A DNA stretch of 64,000 bases from an uncultured Chthonomonadaceae bacterium (GCA_963817895.1 CAWFQB010000011.1:297342-361341); one strand, 5' to 3'; counted from the first letter of the stretch, positions 19,636 through 30,470 are shown. Translations and numbers: made by a program. The notes: generated by a model from the sequence alone, not told the origin.

Positions 19636-20542
19636 ATGCCCGCCTGCCTTCCTGCAATGGTGAAAGCCATTCGCCTGAAGTCAGTCGCCCAAAAATCTAT
19701 TTGTTTTCGCCGCGCTGGTGTTTGCCGGAAAATTGTTCGATTTGCGGATGCTTGCGCTGACAATCGCCGCTTTCGTCTTGTTTACCCTGGCGGCGGGCAG
19801 CATGTATCTGCTCAACGACATTCTGGATGTGGAGCAGGATCAGGCGGCATCCCACCAAATGCAAGCGTCCCATTGCGTCCGGCGCATTGCCTGTGGGCGT
19901 CGCGTGGGCAGAGTTCGCGGTTCTGGCGATCGGAAGTTTGAGCGCGGCGTTCTGCGCTGCGCCCCGGCTTTGGTTTTGTCCTGTTGGGCTACGTCGTTCT
20001 GCAAATCGCGTACTGCCTGAAGCTCAAACACATTGTTTTGATTGACGTGTTTACCATTGCCATCGGCTTCGTGCTGCGGGCGGTTGCGGGCGCGCTGGTT
20101 ATCAACGTCAGTTTTTCCCACTGGCTGTTGCTGTGTACCCTGCAACTGGCGCTGTTTTTAGGGTTCGGCAAGCGCCGTCAGGAGATTGATTCTGCTTGGC
20201 GAGGGCGCGGGACAGCACCGCGCCAATCTGGACGAGTACAGCAAGCCCCTGCTGGATCAGATCATCAACATCGTGGTCGGCGTTACTATTGTCTGCTACT
20301 CCGTTTACAGCGTAGAATCCGAAACGGCTCATCTGCACCCGCATTTATGGGTCACGGTTCCCATTGTGATTTACGCGCTGTTCCGCTACATGTACCTTGT
20401 CTATCAGAAGGGTTGGGGCGGCGCGCCGGACGAAGTGCTGAAAAAAGACCGCGTTTTGCAGGCGACGATCGTAGTCTGGTTTCTGGTCGTGATGCTGATT
20501 TTCAAGTTCGATACGGGAATATGGTCGGCGATACAACGATAA
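19636..20542 (+). CDS. UbiA-family decaprenyl-phosphate phosphoribosyltransferase-like protein, several frameshifts
   Basis: YLLNDILD.EQD, HPTK.KRPIASG, LKHIVLIDV, GFVLRAVAGA, GKRRQE, LFRYMYL. Confidence 0.85.
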
Positions 20543-20558
20543 GGAATCAATAGATATT

Positions 20559-21450
20559 ATGCGCGTACTGGTAACAGGGGCGAATGGCATGTTGGGCACG
20601 GACTTGTGCGCCATGCTGGAAGCGGGCGGGCATGAGGCGATTCGCACGGATGTCGGGGCGCGCGAGAACGTGCCTGCCGACTCGTGGGAAGCATTTGGAT
20701 ATTACCAATCCACAGAATGTGGCGGACGTGATTTTGAAGCATCAGCCGGATGCCGTCGTCCATACCGCCGCGTATACGGACGTGGACGGCTGTGAACGCA
20801 ACCCGGACCGCGCCTATCTGCTCAACGCGCAGGGAACCTGGAACGTGGCGGCTGTGTGCGGGGCGCACAATATCGCGCTCGCGTATGTCAGCACGGATTT
20901 TGTGTTCGACGGCACGAAAACCACGCCGTACACGGAGTTTGATATGGTCAATCCCCTCAGTCACTATGGCGCGTCGAAACTGGCCGGGGAAAAACTCGTC
21001 GCGCAGTTATGCCGCAAGCACTACATCATTCGAACGCAATGGCTGTACGGCATTCACGGCAAATGTTTTCCCTCCACCATGCTCAATCTCGCCCAGACCC
21101 GCAAGGATTTGAATGTCGTGTTGGATCAAATCGGCAGCCCGACGCACACGGTTGATCTCGCCCGAACCATTATCATGCTGCTGCACACGCCCATGTACGG
21201 AACGTATCACGTCGCCAATGCGGGGCAGTGTTCCTGGGCGGAACTGGCGCAGCGCACATTTGAACTCGCGGGCGTCACGCATGTCACAGTTCATCCCGTT
21301 CCTGCCAGCGAGTATCCCTCCCCCACCCGACGCCCCGCATACTCCGTGATGCGCCGCTACGCTCTGGAACTGCAAGGCCGCGACAATCTTCCGCCCTGGC
21401 AGCAATCTCTCGCCGAATTTATCGCCCTGAAAAAGCAGCAAGCCTCCTGA
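20559..21450 (+). CDS. rfbD: dTDP-4-dehydrorhamnose reductase, frameshift near 20690
   Basis: VTGANGMLG, AAYTDVD, STDFVFDG, YGASKLAGE, DQIGSPT, RPAYS. Confidence 0.93.
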
Positions 21451-21550
21451 ATTCAGATCATCTATGTTGTACATCGTAGATCGTAGCATGGGTAACGTAT
21501 CTGGCTTGTATGCCGTCTAAAGCGCAATTCCTTTCGCTGGAGATACGACG

Positions 21551-23420
21551 ATGCGCCGATCAGACGTTCGCTTGCTTCGCTTCACTTGTTCGGGCCGATT
21601 TTGGCTCGTGGGCGCGTGTGGGTTACTTTTCATGCCACTCACACCGAAAAACGTTGTTGCGCAATCCCCGGTTCCAGTCCCACCCGCCGATGTCTTTGCG
21701 CAGGACGCCCGGATGCAGCAGAATGTGAAGGTACGCGCGCCGGGGTTGGCGGTCAAAGATTTGCTGGCGCGATTGTCGCAGGCTGCGGGCGTGAAACTAA
21801 CCGCCGATAAACTCACTGCCGAAGACAAAGTAGTTGTGTTCAGCCCCGCGCGGCCTTTGCAGGCAACGCTTGGGGATATTGCCGCTTTGTTCAATGACTA
21901 CTGGCGGCGAGAAAACGGAAGTGACGGCAAGCCGCGCTACCTTCTCACCCGTAATCCCCGCGCGGTTTCTCTGGAAGAGAACTCTCCTCAATGCGTCAAG
22001 GCATCGCCTGATAACACAACTTGAGGCGCAGGTGCGCGCATTGTCGGAAACGCCGGAACAACTGGCGCAACGGCCTGCCAACGACTCTATCCGCAAAAAC
22101 CTGTCCATTGCCGAAAATCGGGCGGCCACACAGGTTTACGCCGCGCTTGCTCCCGAACAGCGGGAGGCGTTGTTTTCCCGGCGGTATCTGAACTTTGCCG
22201 CGAGCGCCATCAATCCGCAAATGCGTGAGCCGATTGGCAATGTTTACGAGGTAAGCCTGCGCTTTGCCGCGCGGTTTCAGCAGCCGGGAGATGGGTCGCC
22301 AAAGGAAACCGTTGAGGATTACGCGCGGCGTGGCGTTCAGTTTGCCATACACACCAGCGGCGGGCATGTGATTCCCGCCGTTCAGGTGTACGGCAAAGGC
22401 ACGATGCACGCCGCGCTGTTCGCGGAACTCGACGCCCGCAAACAATGGATACTGCCCGCACATGGCAATCCCTACGCGCAAACGCCCTCGCCTGTAATGA
22501 CATTGCTTCCTGATGCTGAACACACAGGGAAAGCGCAATCGGAAAAACAGTGGGTTGACCGCCTGCGCAAACTGGCCGACGTATCCGGCAAGCCGATCCT
22601 TGCGGATTTTTACCGCAGTCAGGCCGTCAATGCGCTTCCTCCGACGGAACAGGAAGAAACCCTGCCGTCCGCTGCGCCTGCCGACACTCAAAAACCTGCC
22701 ATCGGGAAAAAGGCTGATGCGCAAAAAACGTCTTCCGGCAGCCCTGCCGACAGGGAGAATATTTCCGCTCTGGATGCGCTTTGCCGTCCCGTTGGTTATC
22801 TCTGGTGGACGCGGCCAAATGGCGCGCTGCTGTTGCGCAAACGCGACTGGTACGAACAACGGCTGTACGAAACGCCCGAAGATTGGCTGCTGGAAACGGT
22901 GAAGCGCATGGCCGCGCAAAACAACGTGCCGACCTTAGCCGATTTCTGTCGCGCGCGGGAATTGACCAACCAGCAAATTCTCGGTCTGAACAGTATGTAT
23001 ACGAGTGAAAACTACAGTTTTTCGGAAGTGGAAGCGGGCGGCACGGCGGAACTGCTCGGCCTGATTGAGCGTCAGCTTGCCACAAGCCCGGTTTACCATC
23101 AGCCACTGCTGCGGGGGCGTACGCGAAACGGGATTGTCAAGATTGAGGGAGACAGCCTGCCGGCGGCGCGGGAAACGCTGCAAGAGTTCCTGAACGCGCA
23201 GACAAAATTGCTTTCTCCCGCAGACATAAAATTATTTCGCGTGGATGCTTACGTGGTGGACACTACGGTTCCTGAAGGCGGTTTCAAGGATGCGGAACTG
23301 ACGCTGATGTGGAACGCAGGCGATGGCACCTTCGCGAGCCAATCCATTCGCCTCCCGTACCGCCTGCCGAACGACGCGCAGGCGGAAACAGAAATCACAG
23401 TGGAAGCAGGTGGCTCCTGA
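21551..23420 (+). CDS. Secreted hypothetical protein (~620 aa), frameshift near 21985
   Basis: Signal-peptide-like N-terminus; the L.DLL..LS...GV.L.A segment resembles STN/secretin-N0 domains; two abutting ORFs. Confidence 0.55.
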
Positions 23421-23436
23421 ATTTGTTTTTAGGATT

Positions 23437-23479
23437 GAAACGGGGGCGAAGGCTTAACAACAGCCTTCGCCCCCGTTTC
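23437..23479. terminator. Perfect 18-bp hairpin
   Basis: GAAACGGGGGCGAAGGCT-TAACAAC-AGCCTTCGCCCCCGTTTC just after the stop at 23420. Confidence 0.7.
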
Positions 23480-23737
23480 GGTTGTTAAAGTTTGCCGGTT
23501 GCGCAGCCGAGAATGTTGCGGGGCGCGCGAAACTATTTTTATTTTCCGGCGTACCCGTAAAGAAGCGGTAAAAAATATTTTCTTCATAGCAGGAATATGG
23601 CATTCGTGTTATGAATATCATGTCTGACGCGCGGACGCGGGCTACATAAAGAAACGCGCAGCGCAGCGCCAGGCGACATTTACCCTTTGTTGTTGCCGCT
23701 ATCATTCTCTTCTCACCCGTTCCTCTGGAGGACAACC

Positions 23738-24523
23738 ATGCTACGGAAGTTCAGCGCCTTCACTCTGATCGAATTGCTCGTCGTGATCGCGATTATCGCG
23801 ATCCTCGCCGCGATTCTCTTCCCCGTCTTCGCCAAAGCGCGGGAAAAAGCCCGCCAGTCCAGCTGCGCCAGCAACGAAAAACAGCTTGGTCTGGGCGTCT
23901 TGCAATATGTGCAGGACTACGACGAGCGTTATCCCACTGTTCGTATTCACCTCCCAAACGACGCCTATGTGGATTGGCGTAACATCATTCAGCCGTATGT
24001 CAAAAACGTCGGCGTTACCGGCTGCCCCTCCAACCCGCAGCAGGGCAACCTGTACATTGGAGACTGCCAGGCATCCGTAGTGGACCCGCTGCCGGAATCA
24101 GGCTACAAGCGTATTCTGATAGATCGCGGCTATTCTATGGCAACCACCAATGCCTGCGCGGACGCCGGCAGTTGCAATGGTTTCTCCTATGCGGAAAATG
24201 CCAGATCGCCAAAGTTGGCGACTCTCGCCGCCCCGTCCACGACGCTGCTGATTACGGAAAACGTCGGTAATTTCTGTACCGATAGCTGCGCGTGGTGTTT
24301 CAACAACAACTATTGCCACACCGGTCAAAGCAACTTCGGGTTTGCCGACGGACATGTGAAATCGTTGAAGCCCACCTCAACGTACTCTCCGATTTGTATG
24401 TGGCATCTGGACAACAACAACGGACAAATGTGTGATAACTTCGGTGGCAACGTGATGCCTGCGGGAACCGACATCAACACGACCGTCAACAACGGCTACG
24501 ACAAAACCTGCAAAAACCCATAG
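23738..24523 (+). CDS. DUF1559 prepilin-type protein with H-X9-DG motif
   Basis: [37 protein letters not shown]; Cys-rich variable region. Confidence 0.92.
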   Translation: MLRKFSAFTLIELLVVIAIIAILAAILFPVFAKAREKARQSSCASNEKQLGLGVLQYVQDYDERYPTVRIHLPNDAYVDWRNIIQPYVKNVGVTGCPSNPQQGNLYIGDCQASVVDPLPESGYKRILIDRGYSMATTNACADAGSCNGFSYAENARSPKLATLAAPSTTLLITENVGNFCTDSCAWCFNNNYCHTGQSNFGFADGHVKSLKPTSTYSPICMWHLDNNNGQMCDNFGGNVMPAGTDINTTVNNGYDKTCKNP

Positions 24524-24553
24524 ACAATAGTTACCTGATGAATACAGGTGGGG

Positions 24554-24594
24554 ACACGGCGCGGAGCGAATTGCTCTGCGCCGTGTTCGTTTTT
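24554..24594 (+). terminator. Intrinsic terminator
   Basis: ACACGGCGCGGAGC-GAATT-GCTCTGCGCCGTGT followed by TCGTTTTT. Confidence 0.7.
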
Positions 24595-24686
24595 ATGTGG
24601 GCTACATGCGCCGAAAGCAGGATTTATCGCTATCGGTGTCGTACACATTTGCAGGAAAATACTGCGGGCGTAAACGGAGGCCGGAT

Positions 24687-25709
24687 ATGTTGAGAGTGGC
24701 GCTGGTGGGGGCGGGCGGCATGGCGGGGATGCATGCGAGTTGTTACACGAAAATCGCGAACGCCGAACTTGTCGGCATCATGGATACGCGACTGGAAGCG
24801 GCGACCGCCCTGGCGGAAAAGAACCATTCAACCCCCTATACCGATTTTGACAAGATGCTGACCGAAACGCGCCCGGATGTGGTGGATGTCTGCTGTCCCA
24901 CGCCCTGGCACGTAGATTATGTGTGTCGCGCGGCGGAGCGGGCAGGGGAGTGGGGATTGCGGGGCATTTCCACCGAGAAGCCGATGGCGCGAACGGTGGA
25001 AGAGTGCCGGCGTATGATTGCCGCCTGCGAACTGGCGGATGTGCCGTTGTTTGTGGCGCATGTGCTGCGCTTTTTCCCCGAATACGCATTGGCGAAACAG
25101 GGCGTGGAGGGCGGCTATGTCGGCCAGCCTGCCGCTATTCGGACCCGGCGCGGCGGACCGATGCCCCGCGCCTGGAACGACTGGTACGCCAACTTCGATT
25201 GGAGCGGCGGCTTGATTCTTGACCTGATTATCCATGATTTCGACTGGCTGCGCTGGACGTTCGGGGAAGTGGAGCGCGTGTACGCCCGAGGCTGTCTGTC
25301 CGCGAAACTGCCCGGCTACGATTACGCGCTTGTCACGCTACGCTTCCAGAGCGGCGCGATTGCCCATGTCGAGGGAACCTGGAACGATCCGAGCGGGTTC
25401 AAAGTGGGGCTTGAAATCGCCGGGGATGCGGGACTGGCGGAATACAACTTCAATCAGCCGACCGGCGCGCCTTTTCGCCAGTCCCTGAACGCGGCGCAAG
25501 CCGAAGGGGAGAAACCGCGTCCGGGTGTGGCCGTGCCGGAAAGCCCCACGAATGTCAATCCGTATCAGGCGGAACTTCAGCATTTCCTCGATTGTCTCGA
25601 AGCGGGCGTAACACCGAGTATCACGCCGCAGGACGGCATGGCCGCCGTGCAGATCGCAATGGCCGCGATTGAGTCTATCCAAACCGGCCAGCCTGTTACA
25701 GTGAAATAA
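24687..25709 (+). CDS. Gfo/Idh/MocA family oxidoreductase
   Basis: VGAGGMA, EKPMA, GGLILDLIIHDFD; GGAGG RBS. Confidence 0.93.
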   Translation: MLRVALVGAGGMAGMHASCYTKIANAELVGIMDTRLEAATALAEKNHSTPYTDFDKMLTETRPDVVDVCCPTPWHVDYVCRAAERAGEWGLRGISTEKPMARTVEECRRMIAACELADVPLFVAHVLRFFPEYALAKQGVEGGYVGQPAAIRTRRGGPMPRAWNDWYANFDWSGGLILDLIIHDFDWLRWTFGEVERVYARGCLSAKLPGYDYALVTLRFQSGAIAHVEGTWNDPSGFKVGLEIAGDAGLAEYNFNQPTGAPFRQSLNAAQAEGEKPRPGVAVPESPTNVNPYQAELQHFLDCLEAGVTPSITPQDGMAAVQIAMAAIESIQTGQPVTVK

Positions 25710-25712
25710 TTA

Positions 25713-25882
25713 TTCACCACCAAGACACCAAGAACACCAAGGGGGAAAAGAACATCAGTATCCAGAAAGGAAAAGACGATATAAATTTCTGCATAAATGA
25801 ATTTAGAGAACAGTTAGATTCTTCTCTTCTTTTCTCCTCTTATCCTCTTTCCCCTTGGTGTTCTTGGTGTCTTGGTGGTGAA
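25713..25882. repeat. Perfect 32-bp inverted repeat built from CACCAAG(A) units around a 106-nt AT-rich spacer
   Basis: TTCACCACCAAGACACCAAGAACACCAAGGGG (25713-25744) and its exact reverse complement (25851-25882). Confidence 0.92.
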
Positions 25883-25898
25883 AATACAAGGAGTGGTT

Positions 25899-26321
25899 AT
25901 GCAGCAGGTTGAGGGTTGTCCGATGTGTCCCGATGCCGGTGACGCGGATGTGGTGGCGGAACTATCAAGTGGGCGAGTACATTTGAAAAACGATGCCGAT
26001 TATAAAGGCTACTGCGTGTTGATTTTTTGTCGCCATGCGGTGGAATTGCATGATTTGACGCCGGATGAACGTAACCAATGGTGTGAGGATCAGGCGCGAA
26101 TTGGAAAAGCCATTGCCGAAGTGTGCCGTCCGGCGAAATTGAACGTATGTATGTTGGGCAACCTGGTTCCGCATCTGCACTGCCATATTATGCCGCGCTA
26201 TCCATCCGACCCTGAATGGGGCAACCCCCCGAGTTTTGCGGAGGGCGCGCATCGCCGTTTGTCGCCCGAAGAGTACGATCATTTAAGAAACGCGCTCCTG
26301 TCGGCGCTTGGCTCTGCGTAA
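25899..26321 (+). CDS. HIT family hydrolase
   Basis: LGNLVPHLHCHIMPR histidine triad; AAGGAG RBS. Confidence 0.9.
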   Translation: MQQVEGCPMCPDAGDADVVAELSSGRVHLKNDADYKGYCVLIFCRHAVELHDLTPDERNQWCEDQARIGKAIAEVCRPAKLNVCMLGNLVPHLHCHIMPRYPSDPEWGNPPSFAEGAHRRLSPEEYDHLRNALLSALGSA

Positions 26322-26332
26322 GGAGAAGCGCT

Positions 26333-28453
26333 ATGTCACCGAGTATTGGAGCGCGTTTGCAGGCGGTTCGCCACCGGCAATGGGTGGGACGCGACGCGGA
26401 AGTAAAGCTGTTTCGATCCGCGATTGAAATGGAAACGGTAGAATCCCCTTTTTGCCTGCTTTACATTTACGGGCCAGGGGGCGTGGGCAAAACAACGCTG
26501 CTCAACGCCTTTGCCGCTTTGTGCGATGAACGCGCCATAAATACCCTCCGGCTGGACGGCAGAGACATGGAGCCGACGCCGGACGCCTTTCTTCGCGCGC
26601 TTGGCGAGGCGCTGCATCTGAATCCAGGCGAAAATCCGTTCGATTCTCTGAACTCCGCCACCCGGCCTTCTGTTTTGTTTGTAGACACATTTGAGGAGAT
26701 CGAGGGGCTGGACGGCTGGATGCGCGAAGTATTTATGCCGCGCCTGCCGGAAAACGCGCTGGTTGTATTGTCAGGCAGACTGCCACCCTCCCCCGGCTGG
26801 CGAAGCGAAGCCGGCTGGCAGGAGATGATGCGAACCATTCCGCTCCGCAATCTCAGCCCCGATGAAAGCGTCTCTTACCTGCTGCAACACGCCATTCCCC
26901 CGGAACAGCATCACGCGATTTTAGAATTCACGCACGGCTACCCTCTCGCGCTGTCCCTCGTCGCGGATGTTTTCGCGCAGCGGGGCAGTATCCGATTCGA
27001 CCGGGAAGATGCGCAGAATGTCGTGCAGGCGCTGCTGGAGCGTCTGCTCGCGAAAGCGCCGGATGGGGATCATCGCGCCGCGCTGGAAACCTGCGCTCTT
27101 GTCCACCTGACGACGGAGGGGCTGCTTGCGGAACTCAACCCCGGCATGGACGCGCCCGCGATGTTTCGCTGGCTGCGCGAGTTGTCTTTCATGGAAACGG
27201 GATGGCGTGGATTGTTTCCGCACGACGTGGCCCGCGAAGCGCTGCTGGCCGATCTGCGCTGGCGCAGTCCCGAACGCTACGCCGATTTGCACCGCCGCGC
27301 CCGCGCCTATTACACAGCGCGTATCAATGAAACGCAGGGGCAGGAGCAGCAGCGTATCCTGATGGACTATATCTTCCTGCATCGGGATAACGCCATTGTC
27401 CGCGCCGCGTTTCAGTGGCAGGAGAGCGCGGCCTTCGCGGAAATGGCGCGGCCTGAAGACTGGCCCGCCCTGGTGGATATGACCGCGCGGCATGAGGGCG
27501 AAGAGTCCGCGCGTATTTTGAGTGAATGTCTGGAAGAGGCATCACAGAAAACCATCGTATTTCGGGACGCGCTGGCCGGGAAGGCCGCAGCGGAGCCGTT
27601 GGGGTTTATGACAATTGTAATGCTGGAAAAGGTGAGCGCGGCGGCGCGGCAACGCGACCCGGCCGTCAACGCCGCCTGTCGCCACCTGGAACAACAGGCT
27701 CCCCTTCGTCCCGGCGAAACCGCGCTTTATTATCGCTATTGGATGGCGCGCGACACCTATCAGGACGTTTGCCCCATACAAAGCCTGATTGTCGTCAACA
27801 TGGTGCGGCACGACCTGACCACTCCCAATCTCGCCTTCACCTTTTTTCCCTGCCATGACCCCGAATTCTGGGCGCCCGCGCTTGCCTACGCGCAGAAACA
27901 GCCCCTGCCGGACGCGGACTTCACAATTGACGGGCGCTGTTACGGCGTGTTCGGACACGATTGGCGAGCCTTGCCCGCAACCCTCTGGATGTCCATACTG
28001 GCGGAACAGGAGACAGCGGGAGAGAGTCAGGTTGCGCCCCATCGCCCGGAGCCGCTGCTGGTACTCAGCGAGTCGGAGTTCGGCGCGGCGGTTCGCGACG
28101 TGTTGCGCCATCTCCGGCAGCCGGACGCGCTTCATATCAACCCTCTGCTGCGTTCACGGTTGCTTATCGAGCGGGCAGGCGCGGAGGCGGATGCAAACGT
28201 AAAAACAGACGCGCTTTGCGCGCTGGCGCGGGAAGCGGTAGAAGCCTGTAAAGTGTCCTCGCGCGCCGCCCGGAGCTATCACGCCCTGTTCCACACCTAT
28301 GTTCAACCGGAAGCCACGCAGGAACAGGCCGCCGACAGGCTGGATTTGCCTTTCAGCACTTACCGGCGTCATCTCATGGAAGGCATTGCGCAGGTGACGG
28401 AAAAGTTGTGGCGAAAAGAGATAGGGGAGGGTCATTTGACCGAACCCAAGTGA
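26333..28453 (+). CDS. STAND-type ATPase with a C-terminal HTH (predicted transcriptional regulator)
   Basis: VGRDAE, Walker A GPGGVGKT, Walker B LFVDTFE, GYPLAL, FPHDVARE; C-terminal ATQEQAADRLDLPFSTYRRHL. Confidence 0.85.
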   Translation: MSPSIGARLQAVRHRQWVGRDAEVKLFRSAIEMETVESPFCLLYIYGPGGVGKTTLLNAFAALCDERAINTLRLDGRDMEPTPDAFLRALGEALHLNPGENPFDSLNSATRPSVLFVDTFEEIEGLDGWMREVFMPRLPENALVVLSGRLPPSPGWRSEAGWQEMMRTIPLRNLSPDESVSYLLQHAIPPEQHHAILEFTHGYPLALSLVADVFAQRGSIRFDREDAQNVVQALLERLLAKAPDGDHRAALETCALVHLTTEGLLAELNPGMDAPAMFRWLRELSFMETGWRGLFPHDVAREALLADLRWRSPERYADLHRRARAYYTARINETQGQEQQRILMDYIFLHRDNAIVRAAFQWQESAAFAEMARPEDWPALVDMTARHEGEESARILSECLEEASQKTIVFRDALAGKAAAEPLGFMTIVMLEKVSAAARQRDPAVNAACRHLEQQAPLRPGETALYYRYWMARDTYQDVCPIQSLIVVNMVRHDLTTPNLAFTFFPCHDPEFWAPALAYAQKQPLPDADFTIDGRCYGVFGHDWRALPATLWMSILAEQETAGESQVAPHRPEPLLVLSESEFGAAVRDVLRHLRQPDALHINPLLRSRLLIERAGAEADANVKTDALCALAREAVEACKVSSRAARSYHALFHTYVQPEATQEQAADRLDLPFSTYRRHLMEGIAQVTEKLWRKEIGEGHLTEPK

Positions 28454-28472
28454 AAAATAGACGTACCTACAT

Positions 28473-28494
28473 GAAAGTGAACAGAAAATGAGCA
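28473..28494 (+). promoter_or_regulatory. 11-bp direct repeat, candidate operator for the STAND regulator
   Basis: GAAAGTGAACA-GAAAATGAGCA (9 of 11 identical), upstream of a -10-like CATACT/TATATT at 28529-28539. Confidence 0.4.
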
Positions 28495-28739
28495 GTTTTC
28501 AGACTGGAAAACCCCTGTAGTTCTGCCTCATACTATATTGTATGAGTGAGAATGACTCCGTGAAGAGTCGCAAAACTTCTGCGGTTACGGAAAAATGCGC
28601 AATTCAGTCATTTTTGGATAAACGGGCTGTCCGCCTGCCTGATCTATCCGCCTCCAATTCAGCAAGAGGGAATTCCCTCGCAATCTATTATGTGTCGTGG
28701 CTACGTTCCTGGTGACGTTGACCACGCAAGGAGAATCAG

Positions 28740-29657
28740 ATGGGCCTAATACAAGATTTGCGCGGCATGGTGGAAGAGCGCCGCGTGACGCGCCGCGCCA
28801 TGCTGCAACAACTCAGCCTCGCTACCCTCGGAGCCGCCGGTGGCTTCGGACTGGCCGCGTGTGGCGGCGGACACTCCGCCGTAGCGCAAAGCACCGTCAC
28901 CGATGCGGATGTGCTTAACTTCGCCCTCAACCTCGAATATCTTGAAGCGCAGTATTATCAAGCCGCCGTGACCGGCAGCGGGCTATCCGACACAGACCTG
29001 GGAACGGGGCATGGCGTCATCACCATCAAGAGCAATCCGAAGGTTCCGTTCGCCACTCCCGCCTTCGCGCAGTACGGCGCCGAAATTGCTGCGGATGAAC
29101 TCGCCCACGTCCGCTTCCTGCGCTCCGCGCTTGGCTCCGCTGCGGTTCCCGCGCCCGCCATAGACCTGCTCAACAGCTTCAATGCGGCAGCCAACGCGGC
29201 GGGTATTGGCGCGTCCTTCGATCCATTTGCCAGTGAAGTGAACTTCCTTATCGGCGCGTTCATCTTCGAGGATGTCGGCGTGACAGCCTATCATGGCGCG
29301 GCCACTCTGCTGACCAACAAGACCTACCTGTCGGCAGCGGCGGGTATTCTGGCGGTCGAAGCGTACCATGCCAGCGAAGTGCGCACCCTCATCTACGGAC
29401 TGGGCGCGACAGCGCAGGGCCTGGCGCAGAAGATTTCGGACCTGCGCGACAATCTGGACGGCAGCACCGATGATGATCAGGGTGTCATAGACAGCAGCGG
29501 CAACGCCAACATCGTGCCGACCGACAGCAACGGCATCGCGTTTGCCCGCAACACCAGCCAGGTGCTGCACATCGTCTACGCTTCGGCGGCGGCTAACGCT
29601 GCCGGCGGCGGCTTCTTCCCCAACGGCGTCAACGGCAACATCAAAGTCGCGGCGTAA
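28740..29657 (+). CDS. Tat-exported (lipo)protein with ferritin-like domain (desiccation-related PCC13-62/Ferritin_2 family)
   Basis: TRRAML Tat motif and LAAC lipobox; [34 protein letters not shown]. Confidence 0.9.
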   Translation: MGLIQDLRGMVEERRVTRRAMLQQLSLATLGAAGGFGLAACGGGHSAVAQSTVTDADVLNFALNLEYLEAQYYQAAVTGSGLSDTDLGTGHGVITIKSNPKVPFATPAFAQYGAEIAADELAHVRFLRSALGSAAVPAPAIDLLNSFNAAANAAGIGASFDPFASEVNFLIGAFIFEDVGVTAYHGAATLLTNKTYLSAAAGILAVEAYHASEVRTLIYGLGATAQGLAQKISDLRDNLDGSTDDDQGVIDSSGNANIVPTDSNGIAFARNTSQVLHIVYASAAANAAGGGFFPNGVNGNIKVAA

Positions 29658-29683
29658 CTCCCGATGACGGTTGCGCAAGTTTG

Positions 29684-29734
29684 ATAAAAAACAGCCCACC
29701 TGCCCACCGCTACATTTGGAGGGCTGTTTTTTAT
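29684..29734. terminator. Bidirectional terminator-like hairpin
   Basis: ATAAAAAACAGCCC pairs with GGGCTGTTTTTTAT. Confidence 0.6.
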
Positions 29735-29930
29735 AACTGTGCCAATTTTATCAGGATATATGTCATTGGTTTAATTTGACATATTTGTGGGAACGGCAGT
29801 ATACGCCGGGCGTAGGTCGGCTTGTATGCAATGTCGCGTTCTTTGAGAAAGGAGACACGCATCCATCCGGCAGTAGAAAGCAGTAACGCTTTCATCTCTC
29901 AACGCTGAAATATTTGGAAAGGCTGCAAGC

Positions 29931-30470
29931 ATGATTCAACACGTGCAGTACAAGTCTCTTATTGGCATGGTCAGTGTGACCTGCCTGTTTATTCTCCCCG
30001 GCATGGCTTACGCTCAGGTTTCATCTCCCGCTGTGACCTTCACCAATGGCCTGTACCACTACGATTACTCCATCGCCAACACTACCGCCGATGAATTGCT
30101 GCTTGTTACAATTCAGGTTCTGCCTTTTAACGATCCAGTCAACGCGAACAGCCCGACGAATCCAAACAACCCTGTCTTCAATGTGAACGCGCCTGCCGGA
30201 TTTTCATCCGCCTATGATCCTGTGAATGGCTTTGTAAGCTACCTGGAAGATACCAGCCAGTTCACCTTAACGCCCCTGAGTGGCTTTACTTATGACAGCG
30301 CTCTCGCGCCGATGCCCAGCACGTTCAACTCCACCTTTCTAACCAGCACGACGAGTGGAACCACGCTGGCAGCCGTCCCCGAACCCGGCAGCATAGCATT
30401 GTTGGGAGCCATGAGCGCGGCGGGCTGCTTCTCGATGCGCAAACGCCGCCGAAATACCGAAAGCGCATAA
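29931..30470 (+). CDS. PEP-CTERM sorting-domain surface protein
   Basis: Signal peptide ending AYA; C-terminal VPEPGSIALL-hydrophobic-RKRRR. Confidence 0.9.
   Translation: MIQHVQYKSLIGMVSVTCLFILPGMAYAQVSSPAVTFTNGLYHYDYSIANTTADELLLVTIQVLPFNDPVNANSPTNPNNPVFNVNAPAGFSSAYDPVNGFVSYLEDTSQFTLTPLSGFTYDSALAPMPSTFNSTFLTSTTSGTTLAAVPEPGSIALLGAMSAAGCFSMRKRRRNTESA

Noticed and set aside
14381..21450. Pseudogenes or programmed frameshifts in the glycan operon
   Set aside because: Both halves of each gene keep their conserved motifs, and the scattered indels fit sequencing error.
21455..21565. Possible degenerate ATCGTAG inverted array
   Set aside because: Only two clear units and poor arm complementarity.
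13384..25882. CRISPR interpretation of the short repeats
   Set aside because: There are no 25-45-bp repeats with unique spacers and no cas genes.
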